This document shows, in pieces, positions 48,822-58,874 of a stretch of 59,770 bases of DNA. The position numbers and the translations under genes were made by a program. The notes under the pieces are model-generated. The model was not told the DNA's origin, ran no database searches, and saw only the letters and a program-made list of their open reading frames with translations. Source of the DNA: Candidatus Aenigmatarchaeota archaeon (GTDB lineage: Archaea > Aenigmatarchaeota > Aenigmatarchaeia > QMZP01); contig DAOVCJ010000003.1 of assembly GCA_030670085.1 (NCBI GenBank), positions 1 to 59,770 of the forward strand, given 5' to 3'. Numbering within the stretch: the first letter of the stretch is position 1; every line of letters starts with the position of its first letter.

Positions 48822-49493
48822 TTACTCTTCGCCGATAGCTCCCAGTATCTTAGGAACCATAATGGATGGGGGTCCTGTCACATCAACATCCCTGATCAGT
48901 CCCTTCTCCCTATAATATTTTATGAGGGGTTCTGTCTGCTTTCTGTAGACCTTCAATCGATTCTCTATAACCTCCTTGGTCTCATCGCTTCTGGAAACGA
49001 GTTTCCCTCCACACTTGTCGCAAACTCCCCCAACCCTTGGGTTCACTGGCGGCATATGATGTTCTTTGTTGGGACCGAATCTTATATCAGCCACATTGTA
49101 TATATCCCCGCATTTCTCACAGGTCCTTCTTGCAAGTATCTTCTCTATAAGAACCTCATCGGGTATACTGAGGTTCACAACAACATCTGTATCGGTTATT
49201 TTTTCCATGGCCTCTGCCTGTGGTATTGTCCTGGGGAATCCGTCAAGAATGAAACCCTTCTTGCAGTCATCCTTTTCCAGTCTTTCCTTGAGCATGCCGA
49301 TCACAATATCATCAGGGACCAGTGCTCCCTCATCCATGTACTTCTTTGCTTTCATGCCAATCTCGGTCTGCTTCTTAAGGTTTTCACGAAACAGGTCTCC
49401 TGTAGATATGTGTGCCCAGCCCTTCTGCTCGCAGATTCTGGACGCATAGGTTCCCTTGCCAGAACCCGGAGGACCAAGAAATACCAGTTTCAT
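48822..49493 (-). CDS. adk: adenylate kinase, bacterial/long type with a zinc lid
   Basis: GPPGSGKGT P-loop. Lid CEKCG...CDKCGG. Confidence 0.85.
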   Translation of the reverse strand: MKLVFLGPPGSGKGTYASRICEQKGWAHISTGDLFRENLKKQTEIGMKAKKYMDEGALVPDDIVIGMLKERLEKDDCKKGFILDGFPRTIPQAEAMEKITDTDVVVNLSIPDEVLIEKILARRTCEKCGDIYNVADIRFGPNKEHHMPPVNPRVGGVCDKCGGKLVSRSDETKEVIENRLKVYRKQTEPLIKYYREKGLIRDVDVTGPPSIMVPKILGAIGEE

Positions 49494-49550
49494 ACCATTA
49501 CCTCAAGCATGATTTGGTTAATTATTTGGATGTGTAGGAATATAAATAGT

Positions 49551-50501
49551 TTATTTTTTAGCCTTCAGGAAATGTGTTAGCAAAGCTTCAATTTGTATAT
49601 CCTCTGAGCCTCCCTGGTTCAGTCTGAACTCAAACTCCCCTATCTTCTCCACCAGGTTCAGTTTATTCTTCTCTGGAATCTTCAGTTTCAGGACCTGCCT
49701 GTGCATCTCCCTTATGATATCCTCACCGGATAGGCCCTGGTTTATGAGCAAATCGTGAAGCTTCTTTCTCGCGTCAGTGAACTTGCCTGAGAGTGCAAGG
49801 TTTATCATCTCCAAGACATCACTCGGGTTCGCCTGAGCAGCAACCTCATAAACAGATTTTCTTGTTATCTTTCCCAAAGCAACTGACGCCTGCAACAGAT
49901 TCGTGGCCTTTCTCAAATCCCCTCCGGATATCTCGTATATCGCCTTCAATCCCTCTGAATCAGCCTTCAGTTTTTCTCCCTTGATTATTCTGTTCAGGTA
50001 TTCCTTAACATCCGTTTCAGCCATTCCCCTGAGCCTGAAAACCGCACAGCGTGACTGTATGGGCTCGATTATCCTGGATGAATAATTCGCGGAGAGGATG
50101 AATCTGCAAACCCCTGAGAAGCTCTCTATCGTCCTCCTAAGTGCCTGCTGGGCCTCTGGCGTGAGGCTGTCGCTCTCGTCGAGAAAGATTATCTTGAAAT
50201 CAGCTCCAAAGGGTTTCATCTTTGCGAAGTCCTTTATCCTTCCCCTGACAACGTTTATCCCCCTCTCGTCAGAAGCGTTGGTTTCCTGGAAGTTCTGCCT
50301 CCAGTTCTCTCCGTAAAGCTCCCTTGCCAGGCAGAGGGCAATCGTGGTCTTTCCAACCCCTGATGAACCTGCAAATAGCATATTTGGGATGTTCCCTTGC
50401 TTTACCCATACCTTCAGTCTCTCAACAACATGCCTCTGGTCTATAACCTCGCCTAGTTTTTCTGGTCGATACTTCTCTGTCCATACCTCAATCCCGGTCA
50501 T
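49551..50501 (-). CDS. rfcS: replication factor C small subunit
   Basis: Walker A GSSGVGKTT, DESD, SRC motif (EPIQSRC). Confidence 0.85.
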   Translation of the reverse strand: MTGIEVWTEKYRPEKLGEVIDQRHVVERLKVWVKQGNIPNMLFAGSSGVGKTTIALCLARELYGENWRQNFQETNASDERGINVVRGRIKDFAKMKPFGADFKIIFLDESDSLTPEAQQALRRTIESFSGVCRFILSANYSSRIIEPIQSRCAVFRLRGMAETDVKEYLNRIIKGEKLKADSEGLKAIYEISGGDLRKATNLLQASVALGKITRKSVYEVAAQANPSDVLEMINLALSGKFTDARKKLHDLLINQGLSGEDIIREMHRQVLKLKIPEKNKLNLVEKIGEFEFRLNQGGSEDIQIEALLTHFLKAKK

Positions 50502-50548
50502 GTTATTGCCTGATTAATTTAAACTGAATATTAATAAATAATAAAGGT

Positions 50549-52417
50549 ATGCATGGAATAAAAACCTTAATGCCACTCTTCGTATTACTTCTTTTGGTTC
50601 CCTTTGCGGGGGCAAAACTCATTGAAAACCCCGAGGCTGTCTCATACATGCATGCAAGCATTGTGAAGGATGGTATTGTTTTCATCGAACCGCAGGGGCC
50701 ACTTGCGAGGGCAACGGGTTTGAGCGTGTATCTTTCAATCCCGCAGAACACCAACAGGCAGGATTCTGTTTTGCAGGGTGTGGAGGGACCTGATTCTTAC
50801 GAGATTGAGGAAGATGAGTGGGGAAATGAGATGATCAAGCTTTACTGGAATAACCCTCCTCTGGAGAGGGACATTGATTATAGAATCTCGTTTGATGTTG
50901 AGATTCAGGATAAAATGAATCCGGCTCCTGGAAAATCCTTCAAAACAACCAGCATGACTAGGGCTTCATTGGAGATGACTGAGAAAGCGTACAATCTGGT
51001 TTCTGATTTTAGCGATGTTGAAAGACTGTTCAAGCTAACCGAGTGGGTTTATTACTGGGTGGATTATGAGCATGCCTACCAGAATCTTCCCAAAGAAGCA
51101 GAATGGGTTTTTGAGAACAGAAAGGGAATATGCAGTTCCAATTCAAATCTTTTAATATCGCTTTTGAGGGAATTGGGATTCAATGCTTACTACGTAATAG
51201 GTTATGCCTATACAGAAGAAACCCCAGGAACCTACTGGGGACCGCATGGGTGGGTTGAGGTTGAGTACGGGGATAAGAGTATATCCCTTGACCCCACATG
51301 GATGGAATCCCCTGTGGATGGAACCCATATAAAGTTTGCAAACGCGCCTGATTCAAACTACACTGAAAGGGCAGAAATCATAGGAAGTCAGGTCAAACTT
51401 GTCTGGACAAGGAACGAACCTGAGATAGATATTATAGAAATAGAGGATTCTGAAAGGGTTGGGATTCAGGCTGAGTTCGTACCAGAGGAGGTTGGAGGTG
51501 AATCATATGCTCTGCTCCTCACAAGGGTCTCAAGTTTATCATCCTCAGAGTGTGTACTAAGCTATATGCAGATCCAGAGCTGTGCAATAGGTGAAGGATA
51601 TTTTCTTGATATCCCCATAGAAAACCAGACCCTGGCTTTTTGCGGGAATGAGACACTCTTCTGGTTTGTGAAGACAGCAAAACTTAAGGGGAGTACGATT
51701 TATACGTGTCCTGTTTCTGTCTACGCTGCAGGAGCGCTGAAAAAGCCACAGCTCAGGGCAAGAGCGCTCACCAAGAATGTTCATGTAAGGATGAGCACAC
51801 CTAAGGTCCTTACCCCAAACCAGGTCTTCACAGTAGAAACGACCCTTGAAAACCATGGCTTTTCAAAGAAGAGCCTGAAGGCCTATCTTATCATAGATGA
51901 AGAAATGCAAAGCAAGGATCTTGAACTGGATCCCGGGCATCAGGCGAAACTCACATGGACTCAGCGGGCGCCTGCAACCCCAGGAGATGTAAAGCTAAAG
52001 TTTTTCTCATCCTCTGGGGATCTTCTGGAGCAGGATTTGACAGTGATATCAAAGAGGCATGTGAAGATAGAGAAGGTTTCCATACCAGAGAACATAACCC
52101 TGGAGGATTCCCTGTTCCTTAATGTTACAGTGAAGGGTCTGGAACAGGTCAGGGGAGAGCTTCAGGTAAAGATTGGTGGGGAAAGCCAGACCAGGGAATT
52201 CTACATCGATAAGGATGAGATAAAGAACTTCATATTCCCATACACCCCGGAGTCCGAAGGGAATAAAGAGATAAGTGTAATCCTTCTCTCTGAGGGTCTA
52301 TATGAAGATGGCATGATTGGGAATCTTCTCGTGGTGAGGGAATCTGCGTGGTGGGGCCAGATACTTGAATGGATAAATGGATTCTTTGCTTGGATATCTT
52401 CCCTGTTTGGTTTTTAA
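50549..52417 (+). CDS. secreted transglutaminase-like protein with a C-terminal TM anchor
   Basis: 622 aa. Signal peptide, Cys-His-Asp core (GICSSNSNLL...HGWVEV...D), beta-rich C-terminal repeats, hydrophobic tail. Confidence 0.65.
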   Translation: MHGIKTLMPLFVLLLLVPFAGAKLIENPEAVSYMHASIVKDGIVFIEPQGPLARATGLSVYLSIPQNTNRQDSVLQGVEGPDSYEIEEDEWGNEMIKLYWNNPPLERDIDYRISFDVEIQDKMNPAPGKSFKTTSMTRASLEMTEKAYNLVSDFSDVERLFKLTEWVYYWVDYEHAYQNLPKEAEWVFENRKGICSSNSNLLISLLRELGFNAYYVIGYAYTEETPGTYWGPHGWVEVEYGDKSISLDPTWMESPVDGTHIKFANAPDSNYTERAEIIGSQVKLVWTRNEPEIDIIEIEDSERVGIQAEFVPEEVGGESYALLLTRVSSLSSSECVLSYMQIQSCAIGEGYFLDIPIENQTLAFCGNETLFWFVKTAKLKGSTIYTCPVSVYAAGALKKPQLRARALTKNVHVRMSTPKVLTPNQVFTVETTLENHGFSKKSLKAYLIIDEEMQSKDLELDPGHQAKLTWTQRAPATPGDVKLKFFSSSGDLLEQDLTVISKRHVKIEKVSIPENITLEDSLFLNVTVKGLEQVRGELQVKIGGESQTREFYIDKDEIKNFIFPYTPESEGNKEISVILLSEGLYEDGMIGNLLVVRESAWWGQILEWINGFFAWISSLFGF

Positions 52418-52444
52418 AACACTTGATTCTGATTTAAATCATCA

Positions 52445-52936
52445 GTGCAAAATCTAAATATGATTCTACTCATATCCGGGACCCCGGCTGCAGGGAAAAC
52501 CACAGTCGCTGAGGTTTTGGGTGAGAAATTGGGATGGAGGGTTATAAGCCTTAATGACCTTGCAAGAGAGAGGAATCTCTACTGTGGTTATGACGAGAAA
52601 AGGAAAGCGAAGGTTGTTGATATCGATAGGGTAAAGGAGGTCGTGAGCAAGATAGTTGAAAAGGAGGAGGATCTGATTATTGAATCCCATTATGCTCATG
52701 AGCTACCTGGAGATATGGTTGTGATTCTGAGGGTCAACGCAAAAGAACTGAGAAAAAGAGGGAAGGAAAAGCAATGGTGGTTTGAAAAGATAGAGGAGAA
52801 TGTGATAGCAGAGATAATGGAGGTCTGCAAGACCGAGGCCTTGGAAATGGGAAAGAAGGTTTTGGATATCGATACAACAGGTAAGAAACCAGAGCGAGTA
52901 GCTAATGAGATAATAAAGAAATTGAAACTGAAATGA
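52445..52936 (+). CDS. Fap7/AK6-like nucleoside-triphosphatase
   Basis: P-loop GTPAAGKTT. ~160 aa. Confidence 0.6.
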   Translation: MQNLNMILLISGTPAAGKTTVAEVLGEKLGWRVISLNDLARERNLYCGYDEKRKAKVVDIDRVKEVVSKIVEKEEDLIIESHYAHELPGDMVVILRVNAKELRKRGKEKQWWFEKIEENVIAEIMEVCKTEALEMGKKVLDIDTTGKKPERVANEIIKKLKLK

Positions 52937-53014
52937 TTTCTTCAAAATCCATATTAAGCTTAAATATAATAAGAATATAAAATGTTGAGATAAACAATAT
53001 AACACTGTGATATT

Positions 53015-53842
53015 ATGTTCAGCACAGCCATACTTCTCAGCGTGTTAACAGGTATCTTGTTAGTCATAGGTTGGATTGTTGGGGGATTGTGGGGGATTAC
53101 CTTCGCACTCATTCTGGCGATAGTGATTAACTTCTTATCGTACTGGTACTCGGACAGGATTGTTCTCAGAATGTACAAGGCTAAGCCAACAAAGAACATA
53201 TTGCTTGAGGACATGGTAAAGAAGCTTGCAAGGGATGCCGGATTACCAGCACCCAAGATATATATGATTGAAACCAAGGAACCGATACCAAACGCATTTG
53301 CAACAGGGAGGGACCCAGAGCACTCTGTGATAGCCGTTACCAGTGGTTTGCTTGATCTGAAGGAGGACGAGATAGAGGCTGTCATAGCTCATGAGCTTGG
53401 ACACATAAAGAACAGGGATGTTATGGTCGCGAGCATGGCAGCAGCCATTGCAGGGGCTATTGCATATGTCGCGCAGATTGCGTACTGGTCCATGTTCTTT
53501 GGTAACAGAAGGGGGGGTGGAGCTAATATTCTGCCAATGCTGGCCATCGTTATCCTTGCTCCCATAGCTGCCCTCATAGTGAGACTCGCTATATCGAGAG
53601 GGAGGGAGTTCAAGGCTGATTACACATCAGCTGTCATAACAAAAAGACCAAGATCCCTTGCCTCTGCCCTGAAGAAGATTTCAGGAGTATTGGAGAAAAA
53701 AACAATAAGGGGACCTGCTGCAACATCCCACCTCTGGATTGTCAACCCATTCAGAGGGAACTGGTTTTCTAATCTCTTCTCCACCCACCCGCCTCTACAG
53801 GAGAGGATAAAGAGATTGGTACAGATTGATGGGGAGGTTTGA
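53015..53842 (+). CDS. htpX: HtpX-family M48 zinc metalloprotease
   Basis: HELGH motif, 4 TM helices. Confidence 0.85.
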   Translation: MFSTAILLSVLTGILLVIGWIVGGLWGITFALILAIVINFLSYWYSDRIVLRMYKAKPTKNILLEDMVKKLARDAGLPAPKIYMIETKEPIPNAFATGRDPEHSVIAVTSGLLDLKEDEIEAVIAHELGHIKNRDVMVASMAAAIAGAIAYVAQIAYWSMFFGNRRGGGANILPMLAIVILAPIAALIVRLAISRGREFKADYTSAVITKRPRSLASALKKISGVLEKKTIRGPAATSHLWIVNPFRGNWFSNLFSTHPPLQERIKRLVQIDGEV

Positions 53843-54363
53843 TGAAAAGACTTGTACAGAAGATAATAAACATAGGTGCTGATTTTAGCACCAGGAAGGC
53901 TCTCAAATCCACGCTTCGGTTTCTAGGGGTAAAACCAGAAAACATAGATAAGCTCTATGTAGAGTTAAAAAATGATTTTTACAGGGACGTTTTCAGGAAG
54001 ATACATCCAAAGTACAAGATGGTTTTTCTTCCACAGTGCCTGAGAAACTCGAAATGCAAGGCCAAATTAACAAAACTCGGTTACGCCTGCAATGGCTGCG
54101 GCAACCAAAACTCCTGCAAGGTTTACAAAATAAAGACCAAGGCCGAATCTCTCGGGTACAGGGTTTTCATAGCCCCCGGCGGATCAATGGTTATAAATAT
54201 AATCAAGAAGTTCAAGCCAAAGGCGGTTTTGGGTATTGCCTGCATGAAGGAGATTGTCATGGCCTTTGATAACTTGGATGTATCCGTTCAGGCAGTGGAA
54301 TTGCTCAGGGACGGCTGTGTGAATACCGACGTCAGAATGAGAGAGGTTTTCAGGATTCTGTAG
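53839..54363 (+). CDS. DUF116-family Cys-rich protein
   Basis: 174 aa. LPQCLR..KC......C.GCG....C pattern. Confidence 0.55.
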   Translation: MMKRLVQKIINIGADFSTRKALKSTLRFLGVKPENIDKLYVELKNDFYRDVFRKIHPKYKMVFLPQCLRNSKCKAKLTKLGYACNGCGNQNSCKVYKIKTKAESLGYRVFIAPGGSMVINIIKKFKPKAVLGIACMKEIVMAFDNLDVSVQAVELLRDGCVNTDVRMREVFRIL

Positions 54364-54413
54364 ACAACCGAAACCTTTAAATACCCTTAATTGTAACTAT
54401 TTATTAGTGACAA

Positions 54414-54740
54414 ATGGGTGATTATATGATAAGAGTTGGTAATAAATATTACAGAAAAGAAATCATGGATGGTCCCATTGTAGCGGGTAGGGACTGTACT
54501 GAATGGAAAGAGGTAATGGATTTGGAACAGTTTGAAAAAGGAGAAATAACGAAAAAAGATAGAGATGGAATTAATTATAGATTAGAATTTCGTCTACCAA
54601 AAGAAGGACCAATAGTAGGTCAGGACTGTATGACCTGGGTTCCAGAACCGGGGTTTGATGAAATAGTTTACGGTTTTAAGGTAGCAAGAGATTATATTAA
54701 AAGCTTGATTGAAAAGTTTAAGCAAAAATATAAAGATTAA
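54414..54740 (+). CDS. hypothetical protein with an internal duplication
   Basis: 108 aa. DGPIVAGRDCTEWKEV / EGPIVGQDCMTWVPE repeat. AT-richer region. Confidence 0.45.
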   Translation: MGDYMIRVGNKYYRKEIMDGPIVAGRDCTEWKEVMDLEQFEKGEITKKDRDGINYRLEFRLPKEGPIVGQDCMTWVPEPGFDEIVYGFKVARDYIKSLIEKFKQKYKD

Positions 54741-55403
54741 TCATCCAAGCAGTTTTTGCAGTCCGTTGGTGTGACCCGCGCCTGTGACAGCAACTATCTT
54801 CTCAAACTTCGATGACATGTCTTTCAGTCTTGAGGCCATGAATTCATCCCTTTCCTTGACCAGAACCCTGTAGAGCTGTGGGAATTCTTTTTTCATCATT
54901 TCCATTGCTTGCTCTATCAGTTCCTTTGGGGGAACCTTGTCCAGGTCAATTGCCTTTCCATCCTTCCTTATCTTGAGTAAGAGGTAATCTATGGTCAGGC
55001 CCTTGAAGAGGAAGAGTAGGAGTTTCATCTTCTCCTTCCATGAAATGCTTTTGACCCTCAGGAGGGTTATCCTCATGTCCCTGTCTATTAACGCGACCTT
55101 TATACCCGCCTTTCTTGCAACGTCAACAGCCTGAATCATTTCAGAGCCCGGCAATATTCCCAGCTTCTTTCCCAGCCATGACTGGAGTTTCTTGAGAACC
55201 CAGTAAAGGAGAAATGTCATGAATCCAAGGGTTTTCAGGGCTTCCAGGGAAGAGGTTTTTTCCTGCTCCTTCATGGCTGAATACCTGTTCATATCCAGCT
55301 CCACTGCCACGCAGTCGGGTTTTTCCTTCTCTATAACCTCTTTTACCTTTTTCAGGCTCTGTTTCGCTACATGCGATGTGGGAACAAGGATTATCTTTTT
55401 CAT
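54741..55403 (-). CDS. TraB/PrgY-family protein
   Basis: Trimmed to MKKIILVPTSHVAKQS (GTAHVS-like). The longer track ORF (to 55619) would overlap trm112 on the opposite strand. Confidence 0.6.
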   Translation of the reverse strand: MKKIILVPTSHVAKQSLKKVKEVIEKEKPDCVAVELDMNRYSAMKEQEKTSSLEALKTLGFMTFLLYWVLKKLQSWLGKKLGILPGSEMIQAVDVARKAGIKVALIDRDMRITLLRVKSISWKEKMKLLLFLFKGLTIDYLLLKIRKDGKAIDLDKVPPKELIEQAMEMMKKEFPQLYRVLVKERDEFMASRLKDMSSKFEKIVAVTGAGHTNGLQKLLG

Positions 55404-55437
55404 AATCTTTATATAAATAGTAAAGATAAAAGAAAAC

Positions 55438-55638
55438 ATGGACCCGAAACTACTCGAGATAATGGCATGCCCCAAGTGTAAGAGTAGCATAGAAAAGAAG
55501 AACATGTTCATAGTCTGCAAGAAATGCAAGCTTGCATATCCTATTCTGGAAAACAGAATCCCTGACATGCTTATCGAGGATGCATGGAAACTCGACAAAG
55601 CGGAAAAAGCCAAGTTCAAGCATAATTTAAAACTGTGA
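55438..55638 (+). CDS. trm112: Trm112-family zinc-ribbon methyltransferase activator
   Basis: LLEIMACPKCK...CKKCKLAYPILENRIPDML. Confidence 0.75.
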   Translation: MDPKLLEIMACPKCKSSIEKKNMFIVCKKCKLAYPILENRIPDMLIEDAWKLDKAEKAKFKHNLKL

Positions 55639-56239
55639 TTCCAAGTTCTTTTAATTCCTTTTTCAATTGTTCAGAGTTTTTGAATAAAACAGTTTTCATC
55701 CCTATCTTAGGTGGATATTCTAGGTTTCTTTCCCAATCATCTATGAAAATACATTCCTCTGCTTTTAGTTTTAATTTCTTCAGTATTAAATGATAAATTT
55801 CCGGATTTGGTTTCTCCGTGCCCTCATAACCGGATATCACGACCGCATCAAAATTTCTGAAAACATGAAATCTATTTTCCAGCCAGTCTGCCCATTCTTT
55901 TGGCATATCACTTAACAGACCCAGCTGATATATTCCCTTCAACTTTTTGACCAGAGCGACCACGTCTTTCTGTTCTTCAAAGGTGTTCAATAAGATTGTT
56001 CTAAGTTTTTCAGGATCTATCTTTATTCCCAAATCATTTTCGCATAACTTCCAATACTGTTCTTCACTGGTTTTGCCAGACACAAATCCACTAGGGTAAA
56101 GATTCTCACCAAAAATCGGAAATGGTTTATTTTCATCAAAGGATAAGTTAAACATTTTTGTAAAATTTTCTCTGAATGCTTTTCTAATTCCCCTATTAAG
56201 ATAAACACCTCCTAAATCAAAGATTATCCCCTTTATCAT
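55616..56239 (-). CDS. HAD-superfamily hydrolase
   Basis: Motif I IFDLGGV, motif IV-like FIDD. Confidence 0.7.
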   Translation of the reverse strand: MIKGIIFDLGGVYLNRGIRKAFRENFTKMFNLSFDENKPFPIFGENLYPSGFVSGKTSEEQYWKLCENDLGIKIDPEKLRTILLNTFEEQKDVVALVKKLKGIYQLGLLSDMPKEWADWLENRFHVFRNFDAVVISGYEGTEKPNPEIYHLILKKLKLKAEECIFIDDWERNLEYPPKIGMKTVLFKNSEQLKKELKELGITVLNYA

Positions 56240-56323
56240 AATACAGTTAAGCCATTCATCTTTTATTAAATTTCCCTAGGGAAAACAAAGTTTAAATAAG
56301 CAGAAACAATTTCTATATATAGT

Positions 56324-56621
56324 GCCGAGGTGGCAGAACGGCTAAACAGTATTGTGAGCCATTGCGCCAGTAATCAGTGATTGGCGATACTTGAGCACTA
56401 GATCTTTTGAACCTGTGTTGATTCGCGGGTGATGAGAAGTTGGCTTGACTCGGATTGCGGCGGTAGATGATGAGTTAGCTCAAGTTAAGAGATCTGGTGT
56501 CCGAAAGGACTTGCAGGTTCGAAATAAGCTTTTTTCAGAAAAAGCTTAAGCAAAAAGGAGCTTCGTTCGCAAGCTCACTCGCTTCCAAAGAAAAGAGCTT
56601 TCGAATCTCCTGCCCTCGGCG
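56324..56621 (+). tRNA. tRNA-Ser(UGA) with three introns (D-loop, anticodon loop, T-loop), 298 nt
   Basis: Acceptor GCCGAGG/CCTCGGC plus G56621. Anticodon stem GATCT/AGATC, TGA at 56408-56410. Variable arm GGTGTCCGAAAGGACTT. T-stem GCAGG/CCTGC. Exons align with tRNA-Ser(CGA) at 38446-38545. Confidence 0.7.
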
Positions 56622-56625
56622 CTAT

Positions 56626-57192
56626 TTATTCTCTTATAACCTTGGGTTCTTCAGAAGTTAGATCTATCACCTTGGATGGTGGGTTGTTCAAAACCCCTAC
56701 ATCAACCAAGAAATCCGTTGCATTTTTCATTTCATCGGGTAACTCTTCGGGTTTGGTTACTAGTTTTCCTCCGGAAAGGTTCACAGAAGTCGTTACAAAA
56801 GGAACACCTGCCTCATACACCAACTCCGAGAAAACGTGTTTTGGTATTCTTATCCCCAAGGAATCCAAGTCAGAAACAGACGAAAGAAAATCAGGGTTCC
56901 TCTTCTTAAACACAAACGTGTATGGCCCGGGGAGCCTTTTCAGAAACTCAGGGTGTTTTACAAACAATTTCTCCTTTACCCATCCCTTTGAGGGAGCGAT
57001 TATGGAAAATGGCTGATAGGATTTCTTCAGTTCCCTTATCCTTTTAACCACATCAGAGTCCATTGCGTTGCATCCTATGCCATATATTGTATCGGTCGGG
57101 TAAATGAATATCTTTCCTGTTATCATTGCCTCAACTATCCTTTTCCTTGTCTTGTCATTCCGGATTATATCACCGAGTTTTACGACTTTCAT
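56626..57192 (-). CDS. tsaC: Sua5/YrdC (TsaC) threonylcarbamoyl-AMP synthase, short form
   Basis: 188 aa. YPTDTIYGIGCNA, SVNLSG. Confidence 0.8.
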   Translation of the reverse strand: MKVVKLGDIIRNDKTRKRIVEAMITGKIFIYPTDTIYGIGCNAMDSDVVKRIRELKKSYQPFSIIAPSKGWVKEKLFVKHPEFLKRLPGPYTFVFKKRNPDFLSSVSDLDSLGIRIPKHVFSELVYEAGVPFVTTSVNLSGGKLVTKPEELPDEMKNATDFLVDVGVLNNPPSKVIDLTSEEPKVIRE

Positions 57193-57817
57193 GCTTCACC
57201 TTTGCCTCGTTTGCATATAAATGTGCAAGCCTGAGGGGTTCGGGAATCCTGTGATTCTTCAGGCAAGCCAGGGCAATCTTCAGGGACTCTCTCAGAGAAA
57301 CCCTGTGCCCTGGCGAGATAAAGATTGGTTTGAACCTCTTGTCTCTGAAGGCCCAGCCTACCTGCTTTTTCTTGAATATTATCTTCTCTGGTTTTTCAGC
57401 TCTTGGTTCCCTGAATTCCCCACAGAGCCTTGACTTCGCAATCCCTATACTTGGCTTGTTCAGGAAAACCCCAACATGCGACGCCAAACCCAACCCCCTT
57501 GGGTGGCAGATGCCCTGACCATCCAAAAGAATAAGGTCTGGTTTTTTCTTCAGTCTCATATAGGTTTTCAGTACTGCGGGAAACTCCCTGTATGAGAGAA
57601 ACGTGGGTATGTATGGGAATATCTCCTTGCTCCTGATAACCCTCTTTTCAATCAGTTCAAGGGTTTCGTAGTCTAACACAACCCCAGCACAGAAAATCTT
57701 TTTACCAGAAAACGCGAGATCGAATCCGGCAATCCTTTTTATGCTCTTGAATCCGTCCTTAAGGGAGACCTGCCTAGCGAGTTTTGTTTGCTCTTCTACG
57801 AGTCTCTCCAGATACAT
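57170..57817 (-). CDS. nfi: endonuclease V
   Basis: 215 aa. AGFDLAF, DGQGICHPRGLGLASH. Confidence 0.8.
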   Translation of the reverse strand: MYLERLVEEQTKLARQVSLKDGFKSIKRIAGFDLAFSGKKIFCAGVVLDYETLELIEKRVIRSKEIFPYIPTFLSYREFPAVLKTYMRLKKKPDLILLDGQGICHPRGLGLASHVGVFLNKPSIGIAKSRLCGEFREPRAEKPEKIIFKKKQVGWAFRDKRFKPIFISPGHRVSLRESLKIALACLKNHRIPEPLRLAHLYANEAKVKHESRKTR

Positions 57818-57845
57818 TTTATTTAATTAGAGACCAAATATAAGT

Positions 57846-58874
57846 ATGAAACCTGATTTCTCCAAGAGAATAAGGGAACTGAGAAAACTTGTCAAGGAGA
57901 GCAAGCTGGATGCCCTCCTGCTTTCGAGTCCAAGAGATATAACATACTACACCGGGTCCAAACTAACAGGTGATGCTGCCTTCCTTCTGGTGGATCCCAA
58001 CTCAAAACCATTGCTCATCATTTCCTGTCTCAGCAACTACGCACGGGACCTGAGGACTGCGAAGGTCCGTTTCTTTAGCGAGTTCAAGGATATAGTGAAA
58101 GAGCTCAGTGGATACAAATCCGTGGGTTTTGATGAGAAAAATATGAATGCAGGGGTTTTCATGAAACTGAAAAAACTTAGGATAAGACTGAAGCCCTTCG
58201 GGCCTCGCATAAAAATCCCCAGGATGGTAAAGGATGACTGGGAGATGAGACAGATAAGAAAAGCAGTAAAGATAACAGAGAATCTTTTCCAGGGGGTCAG
58301 GCTTGTCGGCAGGACTGAATTCGAGGCTTCTGGGTGGATCAACAAAGGGGTTGTTGACCTCGGAGTGGAGAATGCGTTCCCTCCTATAATCGCCTCTGGA
58401 AGGAATTCCGCATTTATTCATTACCTGCCTGGGAAGCGGAAGATAAAAGCAAAGGATTTTGTGATAATGGATATCGGGGTCAGGTTTAATGGCTACTGCT
58501 CTGACATGACAAGGACATTTTGCCAGAAACCGAACAGGAAACAGAAAAAGGTCTATGAGGATGTTCTGGAGATTCAGAACCAGGTTATAGACAACGCAAG
58601 GGCAGGAGTAAGGTTCGATGTTCTTGAGGACTTCTCAAAAAAACTGTATGAGAAACTCGGATACAAGAAGATGCATTCAATCGGACACGGTGTCGGTCTC
58701 AGCGTCCATGAGAGACCTGTTTCCAAAGACACGATTCAGAACGGAATGGTCTTCACAGTAGAACCTGGCGTATATCTAAAGAACTGGGGTGGGTGTAGGG
58801 TGGAGGATATGGTTTACATTAAAAACAACAGAGCAAGACTTTTGTCTAAGCTTTCAAGGGAGCTCACTCCGTAG
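57846..58874 (+). CDS. Xaa-Pro aminopeptidase/prolidase (M24B)
   Basis: DIG..F.GYCSDMTRT, HSIGHGVGLSVHE, EPG.Y pita-bread motifs. Confidence 0.8.
   Translation: MKPDFSKRIRELRKLVKESKLDALLLSSPRDITYYTGSKLTGDAAFLLVDPNSKPLLIISCLSNYARDLRTAKVRFFSEFKDIVKELSGYKSVGFDEKNMNAGVFMKLKKLRIRLKPFGPRIKIPRMVKDDWEMRQIRKAVKITENLFQGVRLVGRTEFEASGWINKGVVDLGVENAFPPIIASGRNSAFIHYLPGKRKIKAKDFVIMDIGVRFNGYCSDMTRTFCQKPNRKQKKVYEDVLEIQNQVIDNARAGVRFDVLEDFSKKLYEKLGYKKMHSIGHGVGLSVHERPVSKDTIQNGMVFTVEPGVYLKNWGGCRVEDMVYIKNNRARLLSKLSRELTP

Noticed and set aside
55404-55619. The 72-aa hydrophobic N-terminal extension of the TraB-family ORF.
   Set aside because: It overlaps trm112 on the opposite strand. The TraB-like sequence starts at Met73 (MKKIILVPTSH).
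56412-56488. Two TGATGA (C-box-like) motifs at 56430-56435 and 56467-56472 in the anticodon-loop intron of tRNA-Ser(UGA). They suggested an intron-encoded C/D box sRNA like the one in some archaeal tRNA-Trp introns.
   Set aside because: No CUGA D or D' boxes occur at the expected ~12-nt spacing, and the C-to-C' distance is too long. The segment is better explained as a degenerate GGCTTGA...TCAAG family hairpin.
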